Shown piece by piece: positions 63,462 to 64,000 of a DNA stretch of 64,000 nucleotides. The stretch is from NCBI GenBank assembly GCA_037189525.1, contig JBBCJC010000001.1, positions 640,001 through 704,000 of the forward strand. The letters run 5' to 3'. The translations under genes and the position numbers were made by a program. Origin of the DNA: Gemmatimonadales bacterium (GTDB lineage: Bacteria; Gemmatimonadota; Gemmatimonadetes; Gemmatimonadales; GWC2-71-9). How positions within the stretch are numbered: the stretch's first letter is position 1; each line of letters opens with the position of its first letter. A model generated the notes under the pieces. That model made no database searches. It was given only the letters and a program-made list of their open reading frames with translations, and was not told the origin of the DNA.

Positions 63462-64000
63462 TCAGCGGTGCCGGCCGGCTGCCGTCATGATCTCGCGGAG
63501 CCGGTCGTGCGGCAGCTCCGGCACCCGAAGGCCGTCCGCGCCAATCATGGTTTCGGCGGCGACCATCGCATTCAGGATCGACTCCTCGGTGGCCTGCACG
63601 GTCGCTTCGAAGAGCGGGTTCATCAGCGAGTTGGGCACCATCTCGAGCGCCACCACCGAGTCGCCTCGGCCGATGGAGCGATTCGCGGTCGAGAAGGCCA
63701 GGAAGATGTCGCCCGAGGAATTCTCACCCAGGCCGCCCATCCGCCCGATCGCCAGCGCGACCCGCCGGGTGAGCCGCTGCAGTTGGTGCGGAAGCAGCGG
63801 CGCATCGGTCGCCACGACCACGATGATCGAACCGGCTCCGTCGTCGAGCGGCCCCGGCATCCCGGGTCGAGTCGAGCCGGAAGGTCCGCACTCGGGAATC
63901 CGTCCGGCAAAACGGGTAGCGGAATCGGGCTTGATCGTGAAGCAGATGCCCAGTTCGGAGTTGGGAATCGCCTCGCCGACCGGTACCCCATCGACCCGGA
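63462..64000 (-). CDS. P1/S58-family peptidase (DmpA-like), 5'-truncated by the window edge
   Basis: GS-IIVVVATDAPL autocleavage site, SGDIFLAFSTAN, ATEESILNA; frame open to the window edge. Confidence 0.88.
   Translation of the reverse strand, partial: RVDGVPVGEAIPNSELGICFTIKPDSATRFAGRIPECGPSGSTRPGMPGPLDDGAGSIIVVVATDAPLLPHQLQRLTRRVALAIGRMGGLGENSSGDIFLAFSTANRSIGRGDSVVALEMVPNSLMNPLFEATVQATEESILNAMVAAETMIGADGLRVPELPHDRLREIMTAAGRHR

Overview
High-GC bacterial chromosomal window. The gene repertoire (ADOP permeases, Ig-repeat lipoprotein, many secreted peptidases, caa3 oxidase) suggests Gemmatimonadota or a similar lineage; this is inference only. About 50 CDSs are supported. In order: an envelope block (serine hydrolase, M14 peptidase, pbpC with alpha-2-macroglobulin, OmpA-Ig protein); a hybrid kinase and an Ig-repeat lipoprotein; tesA/ybbA/ybbP followed by fabI; an A1-type caa3 oxidase operon; greA with an orphan GroES; an orphan, anchor-less VirD4/TraG-like ATPase with an uncharacterised partner, downstream of two tandem secreted AbgB-like amidohydrolases; PadR followed by three tandem ADOP permeases with a shared, homogenised N-terminal leader; a Cys/Thr proline-racemase-family enzyme; an M81 peptidase; vapBC; GntR with a serine hydrolase; paaR-paaZ; and a nitrosative/redox stress block (group III truncated hemoglobin, NsrR, YggS, Cys-tailed MarR, thioredoxins). 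Several operators and promoters are readable directly in the sequence. No rRNA, tRNA, CRISPR array, transposase or integrase was seen. Best leads: the orphan VirD4-like two-gene module, the PadR-ADOP array, and a ~130-nt rod-like intergenic hairpin. All product calls come from motif recognition by eye, without database searches.
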